Virus record (IMG/VR): IMGVR_UViG_3300012031_000010
Coordinates: 6,511 to 70,510 of that record
Source: a virus
Taxonomy: Duplodnaviria; Caudoviricetes
Reading direction: 5' to 3' (one strand)
Length of the DNA stretch: 64,000 nt
Shown here piece by piece: positions 18,382-26,769 of this stretch (the first letter of the stretch is position 1; each line of letters begins with the position of its first letter). Made by a program: the position numbers and the translations under genes. Below the pieces are notes generated by a model. That model was not told the DNA's origin. It searched no databases and worked only from the letters and a program-made list of their open reading frames with translations.

Positions 18382-19203
18382 ATGGGAAGAACATTAGTGA
18401 TTGGTGATGTACATGGGTCCGCAAAAGCATTAGAGCAAGTATTGGATAGATGTAACTTCGATCCATTACGTGATAAATTAATTTCTATTGGAGATATTGC
18501 GGATGGATGGAGTGAAGTATCCGAGTGTGTTGATATACTTTTGGATATCAAATCTAAATCAGGTGAAGAAAATGAACCAGTATTCATTCGAGGCAATCAT
18601 GATGTTTGGATGTATGATTGGATGAAGTTCGGAACAACCCCATCTTTGTGGACTACCCAAGGTGGGCAAGCTACTTTGGATTCCTATATAAGAACCGATA
18701 AGGTGGGAGATAGTGATCACAAATCTTTTTGGTCCGAACAGGAAGATTGGTATATAGATGAAAAAAATAATCTGTTTATACACGGGGGATGGGATTATTC
18801 TTTAATGAAACTTGGTTGGGAAGATTTATCACCAAGAGAGTTATTTGAAAAGCAAGCAAATGATTGGTACGGTTCAACTGTCGATATTGGAAGTATCGCA
18901 CGTTCATGTCATTGGGATAGGGATATTTGGCACGGGTCTCAAAGTGGGGCTGTAAAGAATAGGAAAACAGGTGAACCATCTGGGTTTAACCCACTGAAAC
19001 AATTCAATCAGGTGTATATAGGTCACACCGAAATACGTACTAAAGATGGAAGTTTACCACAACCAATAAATAATATAAATCTATGGAATGTGGATACTGG
19101 TGCAGGATGGGGAGGTTGTTTGACTATAATGGATATCGATACTCACGAATTTTGGCAATCGGAACTAAGTAGGAATTTATACCCGAATGAAAAGGGAAGA
19201 TAA
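18382..19203 (+). CDS. Calcineurin-like metallophosphoesterase (Ser/Thr phosphatase family)
   Basis: GDVHG, GDIAD, RGNHD, HGG, GHT and DTGAGWGG motifs. Confidence 0.92.
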   Translation: MGRTLVIGDVHGSAKALEQVLDRCNFDPLRDKLISIGDIADGWSEVSECVDILLDIKSKSGEENEPVFIRGNHDVWMYDWMKFGTTPSLWTTQGGQATLDSYIRTDKVGDSDHKSFWSEQEDWYIDEKNNLFIHGGWDYSLMKLGWEDLSPRELFEKQANDWYGSTVDIGSIARSCHWDRDIWHGSQSGAVKNRKTGEPSGFNPLKQFNQVYIGHTEIRTKDGSLPQPINNINLWNVDTGAGWGGCLTIMDIDTHEFWQSELSRNLYPNEKGR

Positions 19204-19312
19204 AATAGGAGAGGGTATCGTGATGACTCCTTTAACAATTACCGTGATTTTAATAGTTTTAATGTGTAGTATGATTACACGTGTGGGGTATCTATCAAAA
19301 AAACCCCGTTTT

Positions 19313-19386
19313 ACAGGTGTAACTCAATTTGGTAGAGTGTTTCTTTTACATGGAAAAAGTTGGCGGTTCGAGTCCGTCCACCTGTA
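19313..19386 (+). tRNA. tRNA-Val(TAC)
   Basis: ACAGGTG/CACCTGT, TT-TAC-AT. Confidence 0.92.
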
Positions 19387-19399
19387 CTAATTTAAAGAT

Positions 19400-19485
19400 G
19401 GAGAGTAATCCTAAACGGTGATAGGGTTTACCTGCTAAGTAAAACGTCCGGGAAACTGGATTCGGTTCGATCCCGATGCTCTCTT
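19400..19485 (+). tRNA. tRNA-Ser(GCT)
   Basis: GGAGAGT/GCTCTCT, CT-GCT-AA, long variable arm. Confidence 0.88.
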
Positions 19486-19490
19486 CAAAA

Positions 19491-19707
19491 TTAAAAGGTG
19501 ACTATCGCACTACGGTGAGGAAGTTCGGAACATCTTTGCTTAACGTAGGAGATATTACCAAAATGATTAAGTTCAATAAAGGAATCGATTATACTACGGA
19601 AGATGAAACTTAAACAGTTCTAGGAGGTGAGCAATTCTATGATGAACGGGTTGGAGGAAAATAGACAAATGATAGTGTAGATACAGAAATCCGGCTATAA
19701 CTCTTAA
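19491..19707 (+). ncRNA. rnpB: Compact RNase P RNA (about 215 nt)
   Basis: CR-I GAGGAAGTTCGGA pairs with CR-V TCCGGCT (P4 with bulged U). P2 ACTATC/GATAGT, GAGCAA, TAGACAAATGAT (CR-IV) and ACAGAAATCCGGCT are all present. Confidence 0.88.
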
Positions 19708-19715
19708 TTATATTA

Positions 19716-19844
19716 TAATCCCCGTATAAGTGTTCGGGAATGTGTGTACACATAAGTATCAATGCATTGCAATGTGGTGGTACTACGTTATTGTTGGGAA
19801 TGTAAGTTCGATTCTTACACCATAAACCGAACATGAGGGGATTA
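19716..19844 (+). ncRNA. Unassigned structured RNA with a tRNA-like T-arm module
   Basis: TAATCCCC/GGGGATTA and TGTTCGG/CCGAACA closing stems, inner TGGTG/CACCA stem, GTAAG-TTCGATT-CTTAC T-arm. Confidence 0.55.
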
Positions 19845-19874
19845 TTTTCATGAAATAGTAAAAATTAAAAACAC

Positions 19875-19947
19875 GGCGTGGTAGTTCAGTTGGTAGAACG
19901 TGAGAATCATAACCTCGAAGTCAGGAGTTCGAATCTCCTCTACGCTA
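19875..19947 (+). tRNA. tRNA-Met(CAT), elongator type
   Basis: GGCGTGG/CTACGCT, AT-CAT-AA. Confidence 0.88.
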
Positions 19948-20005
19948 CAATATATAATGTAATATCCTTATAAAGTTAATTATAATCAAATAACGTAATA
20001 ATATC

Positions 20006-20230
20006 ATGTGTGGAAAAAATCTTGATAATAAAATAAACGATTCTGATGAGAATCCCTATGATATGTTTCCTGATAACTTGACTGATAATGAGATTAGATT
20101 TATTTCAGAAAGAATTAAGATAGAATATAATAAACAAAGTTGGCGGAGAAAATTAAGAAATATTTATCTTGGATATAAATTTAGATTTGAAGATTGGGTA
20201 TATGAAATTATTAAAAAAATTGAACGATAA
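20006..20230 (+). CDS. Hypothetical protein
   Basis: First of three adjacent small ORFs. Confidence 0.55.
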   Translation: MCGKNLDNKINDSDENPYDMFPDNLTDNEIRFISERIKIEYNKQSWRRKLRNIYLGYKFRFEDWVYEIIKKIER

Positions 20231-20233
20231 GTT

Positions 20234-20485
20234 ATGATACCAAAAAATGAGATGATCGATGGTAGATGGTACAATGGATTTTGTAGAAATACACGAGTTG
20301 CACTATGGGATAAAAAAGAAGATAGATTTATCCATCTTAGATATAAGTTTGGGTATCGAATGGATACGATAGAACATTTTGAAGATGTACAGTCCGATAG
20401 GTCTGATGGGTTTGTGCCGTTGACACTAATAGAACAAATCGATCACGAAATAATCTGGAAAGTAAAGGATGAAATTGGATATTAA
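20234..20485 (+). CDS. Hypothetical protein
   Basis: 83 aa ORF, closely packed with its neighbours. Confidence 0.7.
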   Translation: MIPKNEMIDGRWYNGFCRNTRVALWDKKEDRFIHLRYKFGYRMDTIEHFEDVQSDRSDGFVPLTLIEQIDHEIIWKVKDEIGY

Positions 20486-20717
20486 ATTAAATCTAGGCAT
20501 TCTTTACAATCGCGGTAATGTAGTTAACCACCGTTCTTTACTAAAAGTTTTAAGTAATCCATTATTCAGATATTTCGGATACTGTATCGGAAGTAAGTTC
20601 GATGATAATAAATTCGTAAAATATGTTATATTTAAACAAGAACGAGTTAGACCAATACGATATTCGATGAAATGTAACGAGTTTGATGTAATTGAAAAAA
20701 TAAGAAGAATAATATGA
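20469..20717 (+). CDS. Hypothetical protein
   Basis: 82 aa ORF overlapping the previous gene by 17 nt. Confidence 0.6.
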   Translation: MKLDIKLNLGILYNRGNVVNHRSLLKVLSNPLFRYFGYCIGSKFDDNKFVKYVIFKQERVRPIRYSMKCNEFDVIEKIRRII

Positions 20718-20842
20718 ATGATTTAACAAAATAAATTAGTTTTTATGATTTATTATACTTATATTAGTAGAGTAGAAATGTGGTTAAGAAAGGATGCCAA
20801 CGGTTTCGTTGAAGTACAAATTCGCTAAAACTACTCCTACAT

Positions 20843-20922
20843 AGCCCAATGGTGGAATTGGAAGACACGACAGTTTTAAGCGCTGTTGCCTAGGCGTGTG
20901 GGTTCGAGTCCCACTTGGGTTA
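20843..20922 (+). tRNA. tRNA-Leu(TAA), second copy
   Basis: AGCCCAA/TTGGGTT, TT-TAA-GC, variable arm. Confidence 0.9.
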
Positions 20923-21023
20923 CGAATAAGGTAGAGCTAGAGATTCCTAAATTACGTATAAAATATCCTAGCGGGCGTTGTTTTTTTAGTTTTTCAAACA
21001 CCATAATGAAATAAAACTAATAT

Positions 21024-21095
21024 ACTTCCTTGATGTAACTGGTAACATGATGGTCTCCAAAACCATTTATGAGGGTTCGAATCCCTTGGGGAGTG
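21024..21095 (+). tRNA. tRNA-Trp(CCA)
   Basis: ACTTCCT/GGGGAGT, CT-CCA-AA, G73. Confidence 0.9.
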
Positions 21096-21105
21096 CAATT
21101 TTAAT

Positions 21106-21188
21106 AGTACGGTATCTTATAATGGCAAAACGGTAGGTCACCCATTAAAACGGTCTAGAGTTATAGGTTCGAATCCTATCCGTACTAC
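21106..21188 (+). ncRNA. tRNA-like RNA with a 12-nt anticodon loop
   Basis: AGTACGG/CCGTACT acceptor, ATAGG-TTCGAAT-CCTAT T-arm, TAGGTC/GGTCTA arm around ACCCATTAAAAC. Confidence 0.55.
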
Positions 21189-21199
21189 AAATATTAATT

Positions 21200-21400
21200 G
21201 TTGATGATTATTAACAATTTACTGGACCAGGGTTCGTTACCCTGCAACTCCACATAGACTAAGTAAAACCTCTTATGTGTACACATAACGTAACTTAGTA
21301 TAGATTTTAAATATGGGGTTGGATTGTTTTGACAGTAGAAGATGTGATAATTGAGATTGATATTACTGTAAAAGGAAACTTTGCAATTGCAGCCTAAAAA
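21200..21400 (+). ncRNA. ssrA: Circularly permuted two-piece tmRNA
   Basis: Acceptor piece (T-arm CAGGG-TTCGTTA-CCCTG, 3' CAACTCC-A) lies upstream of the coding piece starting GGGGTTG at 21315, giving G3:U70. GATTGTTTTGAC D-analogue, P2 pairing between the pieces, tag frame ending VKGNFAIAA-stop at 21397. Confidence 0.88.
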
Positions 21401-21441
21401 CTGTTTGATTCCTAATTTCTAGGAATTTTTGAATCACGTAC

Positions 21442-21470
21442 TTACCCAATACGAAAATTGGGTAATTTTT
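21442..21470 (+). terminator. Intrinsic terminator after the tmRNA coding piece
   Basis: TTACCCAAT/ATTGGGTAA stem plus T-tract. Confidence 0.75.
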
Positions 21471-21542
21471 GGCCTCGTAGTTCAACGGATAGAACAGTTG
21501 ATTACGGCTCAACAGATGGGGGTTCGAATCCCTCCGAGGTCA
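21471..21542 (+). tRNA. tRNA-Arg(ACG)
   Basis: GGCCTCG/CGAGGTC, TT-ACG-GC. Confidence 0.92.
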
Positions 21543-22155
21543 CTTTTTAATACTACGAATCTAAAGAATATTATTACTATATTAGTATCCTAATAATGAT
21601 TGGAGAATAAAATAAATTATATCATGAAAAACAAAATAAACAATATAATAACAGAGGTTGAAAAATCTACATCATTGGGATATGCTGCAAAAGTATTCAA
21701 TTTCAGTATTTCGGATGATGAAATAGAATCATTAAAATACAGGGGATATAAATCCACTACAATAGATGATAAAGATTACAAGGAAACCGTTGTATATTCA
21801 AGGGAAATGTAAGTAGATAATGGCTATAAAATAGGTGGTAGACTCGATAGCCAAACTGAATAGTAATACATTAAATCGATAAGATATGATGAATACACAA
21901 ATGGGAACTCGGACAAGATACGCTGAACGTAGGAGAAATAGTTTACATAGAACAACCGCAAGGGTTGTTTGGAAATCACGGAGTAGACATACTGCGTAAA
22001 TTAAAATAGGAAGAACTGGAGAATCCTTAATTTCCCAGTAGGTGGTTTTCTTAATTTACTATCTTTATAACATTAAAATTATCGCGTTTGGGATGAAACA
22101 ACGTACCTATTTAGTAGGAGCCGCCATCAGGCTGTCATAAAATAAATCCCACTTT

Positions 22156-22227
22156 GCCTGTATAGTTTAATTGGAAAAATACCGCTCTTCTAAAGCAGTG
22201 TTGGGGGTTCGACTCCCTCTACGGGTA
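22156..22227 (+). tRNA. tRNA-Arg(TCT)
   Basis: GCCTGTA/TACGGGT, CT-TCT-AA. Confidence 0.88.
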
Positions 22228-22447
22228 CAAAAATTATTAATTATGAAAATCCAATTTGATTTGCATTAGGTTTAATTAAACCAAAATGCAAAATGAGTAT
22301 AAATTTTAATCGTGGAAGATTTAATAAATCCCACAATAGTAAAGAGTACAAACGATTATTAATGAGTGAATTATATCCAATTTATTGGGATGAAGGAATT
22401 TACTATAGAAAAGGTATATTATCATTCAAATATAGAATGTATAGGTC

Positions 22448-23029
22448 ATGGAAACACAACAGAAAAAATCAGTACGGGGAAAACGGGTAATTGTTAATCC
22501 AAACGTAGATAATTCACATCTATACAAACGATGCCTTGTTATCGATTCAGCTTGGATACCACGATCAATTATTACAACCGAACGTGCTTTCGTTATTTCT
22601 TATAAGGGAAATGCAGAAGTTATAGAAGAACATCCTGAAAGTTTTGGATTGGTTAATCCTGAACTAGAAATTGGTAAACCATCTATTATCCGTGTATTCA
22701 CTTATGTAAAAAAGAATTTTCAAAAAGTGCCGTTATCAAGGGAGAATGTATTCCGTAGGGATAATTACGAATGTGTGTACTGTCCTCCTGGAGTTGTACA
22801 TCACAAATCCGATTTGACGTTGGATCACGTACACCCACAATCAAAGGGCGGTAAGAATAGTTGGAACAACTTGGTAACCGCGTGTAAACCGTGTAACCAT
22901 ACAAAGGCAGATTTGTTAATCGAGGAATTGGGATTGGACCATCCAAACCCGAAGCGGCCTCACTTCCTAATGTTACTTAAAACAATTGGACATATTCCAT
23001 CAGAATGGAAGCCGTATCTTTTCCTGTAA
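22448..23029 (+). CDS. HNH endonuclease (McrA-like family)
   Basis: LSRENVFRRDNYECVYC, LTLDHVHPQSKGG and WNNLVTACKPCNHTK motifs. Confidence 0.93.
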   Translation: METQQKKSVRGKRVIVNPNVDNSHLYKRCLVIDSAWIPRSIITTERAFVISYKGNAEVIEEHPESFGLVNPELEIGKPSIIRVFTYVKKNFQKVPLSRENVFRRDNYECVYCPPGVVHHKSDLTLDHVHPQSKGGKNSWNNLVTACKPCNHTKADLLIEELGLDHPNPKRPHFLMLLKTIGHIPSEWKPYLFL

Positions 23030-23054
23030 TGATACTTATATAAAACGATGTATT

Positions 23055-23369
23055 ATGAAATTAATGAATATGATTAAAGAGATATTAGCCGAACTATCTA
23101 GTTCGGCTAAATATTATAGGGATAACCCGGATAAACGTAAGGCAAAACAAAAGTATGATGCTGAATTAAATAAACGACCGGAACAGGTAAAATCTAGGGT
23201 TGAAACTAATAAGGCAAGACGGGATGCAAAAAAGGCAGGAAAAGATATAAAAGGAAAGGATGCATCCCATACGAAGAACGGAATACGGTTCAAAGAATCT
23301 AGTAAGAATAGAGGAAGTAAATCGGATTCACCTGGAGATAAACGTGCAAGAGGTGGTAAGAAAAAATAA
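23055..23369 (+). CDS. Basic hypothetical protein, possibly a degenerate HNH
   Basis: Lys/Arg-rich; GKDASHTKNG...SKNRG resembles degenerate HNH motifs. Confidence 0.65.
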   Translation: MKLMNMIKEILAELSSSAKYYRDNPDKRKAKQKYDAELNKRPEQVKSRVETNKARRDAKKAGKDIKGKDASHTKNGIRFKESSKNRGSKSDSPGDKRARGGKKK

Positions 23370-23798
23370 TTTAACAAAACTTTAAGATTTGAAGTTAGGA
23401 AAAATAAATTAATTATCGTATATTTACTACGTAGTAATTATTAAAGATAAAAATTATGTATGTTGATGTCAAATCCGATTTTGAAAAATTATTCAAAAAT
23501 TAAATTACAACCTTTAGTTTAAGTTTATTCAAAAGTGAGAAAACACTAGGTAAAAAATCAAGGTTGTATTTTAAACTATTATTATATTTGTTAATCATAT
23601 AATTTATATACTTATATCTAGGATTTATTAATAATAAATACAAGGTATCAATATCATTAAAATATTCTAAATAATTTATCAAATAATAAAAACAATTCTG
23701 TTAGAAAGTATTGAGAAAGGATATTAAGTTTGAATCAACTTACACGGGGTAGTTATCCAACCGATAACCCTTGTATTATCCAATCGTTTTTATTTTAT

Positions 23799-23886
23799 GT
23801 TCTAGTGCTAGAGTGGTCGATTAGGATAGTCTGCAAAACTATTGAAGGAAACTTCCCCGTTGGTTCAAATCCAACCTAGAACTCCA
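23799..23886 (+). tRNA. tRNA-Cys(GCA) with a long variable arm and encoded CCA
   Basis: GTTCTAG/CTAGAAC, U73, CT-GCA-AA, variable hairpin GAAG-GAAA-CTTC. Confidence 0.88.
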
Positions 23887-24099
23887 AGAGTTTTAACAAA
23901 ACTTTAACATATTAAATTAGGAAATACGATTTAATTATCGTATCTTTACAGAGTAGAAAAATACTAATAAATAATTTGGTATTTTTTTTAAAAAAATATT
24001 ACGTTTGGGAAATTTGTATATATATATATACCCAATATAACAAACGACGTTCATTGAAATTACAGATTGAAAAAATAAATTAACAAAATAATTTATATA

Positions 24100-25140
24100 T
24101 GTTTTATAGAAACGATTCGAGCTTGGTCTTGGATTAAAGTATATAACTACTAGGTACGGAATTGGAATTCGGATTGAAGTATATAGGTTGTTATCAGAGG
24201 ATACCAACTGATTAATTTTATAAGGGTGGTTTGACATCCTACTATAGGACTACGGTTTTATAACAAAGATATGGTACTGTAAAGTATCGAAAGGAGGGGT
24301 TCACATCCCTCCGCCAAGTTTCATTGGTTTATTTAAACAAGTATCATCTTAGCTGTGCCAAACAGGTTATCACCGTCAACGTGGTAGATATGGAGAAAGT
24401 TAGGTAATAACTCCCCGTGGAACGGGATATAGTAAAGACTGGCCAACGGTGGGTTTTTCTAAATAAGGGTAGTTCCTTTTGTTATTACATACTAAACTAA
24501 CAAAACCAAAAGTAGATAAGATATAGATTATGAGTTCAAGTACCACCAGTATTAGAGCAAGTAATCAATACAAAAGGTAAAAGGAATCATAATGAATCCA
24601 AAGTAATCTTGAAGTATCGCACAGTAGGTTTGGTAGACCGAAACGTATTTTTCGTCCCGCATTTTGTACTACAAAATAGTATGAAACGGTGTTAGGGCAC
24701 GAGGAGGTGAATAAATAACTTAGGAAAGTTAGCTCAGTTGGTAGAGCATTTGTATGTTAAACAAAAAGTCGTAGGTTCAACTCCTGCACATTCCGTCATT
24801 AATAATGATAACAGCAAAGACCCTAACAACTTTGGAAAAACAAATCACCTAATCCTACAATCGTTTACGGTAATGTAGGTTCACGGACACTCGCAAGGTA
24901 GATGTGAATTGATTGAATTCCACACCTAATTCCTTAGCAGGAATGAATGGTTCGCAAGATCAAGGGTAGGATGAAAGTCGAGTAGTTTCAAAGTGATAAG
25001 AGAAAAGCCACTCTTTAAAAAAGGCGGTGTTGTTTTCATACCTCGAAAGATTGAGGTGGATAAGTTTTTAATCGATGGGTTTGCACCCAAAGAGTACGGA
25101 AACGAAAGTGGGAACATTAAATGTATAATCTCAGCATTTT
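24100..25140 (+). ncRNA. Large structured ncRNA, probably GOLLD-like, with an embedded tRNA
   Basis: About 1 kb without a convincing ORF and dense in hairpins (GGAGGG/CCCTCC, CCCGT/ACGGG, ATTTTGTA/TACAAAAT, CCTACA/TGTAGG, TTCCT/AGGAA, ACCTC/GAGGT, GGGT/ACCC). GGTAGGATGA and TAATCTCAG resemble GOLLD 3'-domain motifs as recalled. Boundaries approximate. Confidence 0.5.
24723..24795 (+). tRNA. tRNA-Asn(GTT), second copy, inside the large ncRNA
   Basis: GGAAAGT/ACATTCC, AT-GTT-AA, G73. Confidence 0.82.
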
Positions 25141-25149
25141 ATTTTAAAT

Positions 25150-25297
25150 TCAAGAGTAGTACAACGGTAGTACAGCTTGCTAACGAATTAATTTAATTCA
25201 AAGTTCGGTAACCAGGTATAAGGTAGGTGATTTATATTAAATAAAAATAGTCCGTAAATTCAACCTTTGTGTGTTGGTTCGAATCTAACCTCTTGAT
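25150..25297 (+). ncRNA. tRNA-like RNA with about 75 nt of extra branched structure
   Basis: Perfect acceptor TCAAGAG/CTCTTGA, GTAC/GTAC D-arm, GTTGG-TTCGAAT-CTAAC T-arm, and extra hairpins between them. Confidence 0.6.
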
Positions 25298-25691
25298 CAG
25301 ATGTTACTTAACATGGTCAGTTAAGTGAATGATGAATAACAGACCCTTTGATAAAAAATGAAACATCATCTAGTAGGAAAGACGACTAACCAAACCTGCT
25401 TACTATCTTTGAAACGTAAAGATAAAAAACGATTAAGTTATAAATCCAAAACCGAGGAAAATCCTTTAAAACAGAATCACAACTGCATAGGTCATTGGGT
25501 TGGGTAATCGATAATGTGGGGATTACCTATAATTTAATTTAAAGAATTATTTCCAGAACATGGGTATTCAATATTAGAGTGAATGACATTACGACTTTAA
25601 TAAAACTGAATATATACACAAGAGTAAGTATGTTTGAGTGTATAAATAATTTTGGTCTTTATGGTTGAACCATATAAATCAACCATAGTAC

Positions 25692-25762
25692 GCGGGAATA
25701 GCTTATTGTTAAAGTGTCATACGACCAGTATGAAGAAGTTGGCTCATTTCCAGCTTCCCGCT
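25692..25762 (+). tRNA. Atypical tRNA-Gly body with an ACC anticodon
   Basis: GCGGGAA/TTCCCGC-U73 Gly body, loop CG-ACC-AG, degenerate T-loop CTCATTT. Confidence 0.6.
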
Positions 25763-26541
25763 CTATATTATTACACCATCCAATCCTAGGTGCACAAACT
25801 TTTCAATCTACTAGTAGAACGTGGAATTGGGTAGAAAAAACCACATATTCAAGGATGATAACCTTGTGGTGTAATGTATTTAAGTTAATTATAGAGTAAT
25901 CGATATGTAAAAAATTAAAAATAACTTATGGCTACACAAAATAAAAAATCAAGACAGAGTAGATCTTTATCCACATTAGAATCTCAATTAAAACAAGGTT
26001 CAAAAACAGAAAAGAAATCATTTGATAAGAAAGTTCCACTAACAGATACAGATAAAAGGCGTATTGAAAAAGAAATTTCAATATTGAAAACTAAAGTATA
26101 AAAATACCTTAATACCGAATCGAGACGGGGAAAGAAGAACTTGCAGTGAGTTGTGAATATCTCACATAAATAAAAACAAATCTCCAGTTTATTTCCGACA
26201 AGATGAACAAATCTTCCATGTAAGGGTGGTATCGGTTGACCCTTGCAAATTAATCCAAAAAGGATATTGTTGAAAAACTTTATCCTTTTTTTATTTGGTA
26301 ATGTAAAATTAATTTCGTATATTAGTGGTCTAATAAATAAACGATATGATACACTTATTCAAAAAACTAGAGTTGGATATCCAAACCGAGAAATTTTCCG
26401 ATGGACTCATAGTACCACTAATAATTCATTGGGAGGGTAAAAATGTAACCGAACTATTCATCAACACGGATTTGATATTAGAATTAACCGATGAAATAAA
26501 TCAACCAACAAACAATATTAATTAATACAAAAACTTTAATT

Positions 26542-26769
26542 ATGATGACAACATCAAGAGAATTTTTAGAATCAAGACATATTGAGGGTTCTGAAAATAG
26601 ATGTAAAGCAATGATTGAATTTGCTAAGCTTCATTGTATGGAACAAGCTAAAGTTATTAGTGAAAATGTTGATTCCGAAAATTGTTTTCTTTATTCATCG
26701 GAAAGAAATGTATATGATATCGTAGAAGATTCAATTTTAAACTCTTATGATTTAAACGATATTAAGTAA
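26542..26769 (+). CDS. Hypothetical protein
   Basis: 75 aa ORF, coupled to the next gene (TAATG). Confidence 0.6.
   Translation: MMTTSREFLESRHIEGSENRCKAMIEFAKLHCMEQAKVISENVDSENCFLYSSERNVYDIVEDSILNSYDLNDIK

Noticed and set aside
16755-19390. Short plus-strand ORFs 16755-16994, 17791-17979, 17960-18166 and 19187-19390; also 24993-25196 and 25714-25899
   Set aside because: They overlap clear tRNA or structured-RNA genes and carry no protein motifs.
20767-20840. SAM-II-like riboswitch, suggested by GCTAAAA
   Set aside because: The other SAM-II core elements and the pseudoknot are not evident, and the downstream gene is a tRNA. Kept only as an unassigned sRNA.
23500-24237. Minus-strand ORFs 23500-23682 and 23935-24237
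   Set aside because: Very AT-rich, low-complexity translations overlapping plus-strand promoter-like sequence and the putative large ncRNA; no motif support.
24959-25299. GATCAAGGG pairing with CTCTTGATC to give a 340-nt tmRNA-like molecule
   Set aside because: TCAAGAG at 25150 pairs perfectly with the same 3' strand and is followed by a proper D-arm. There is no G3:U70 pair and no Ala-ending tag.
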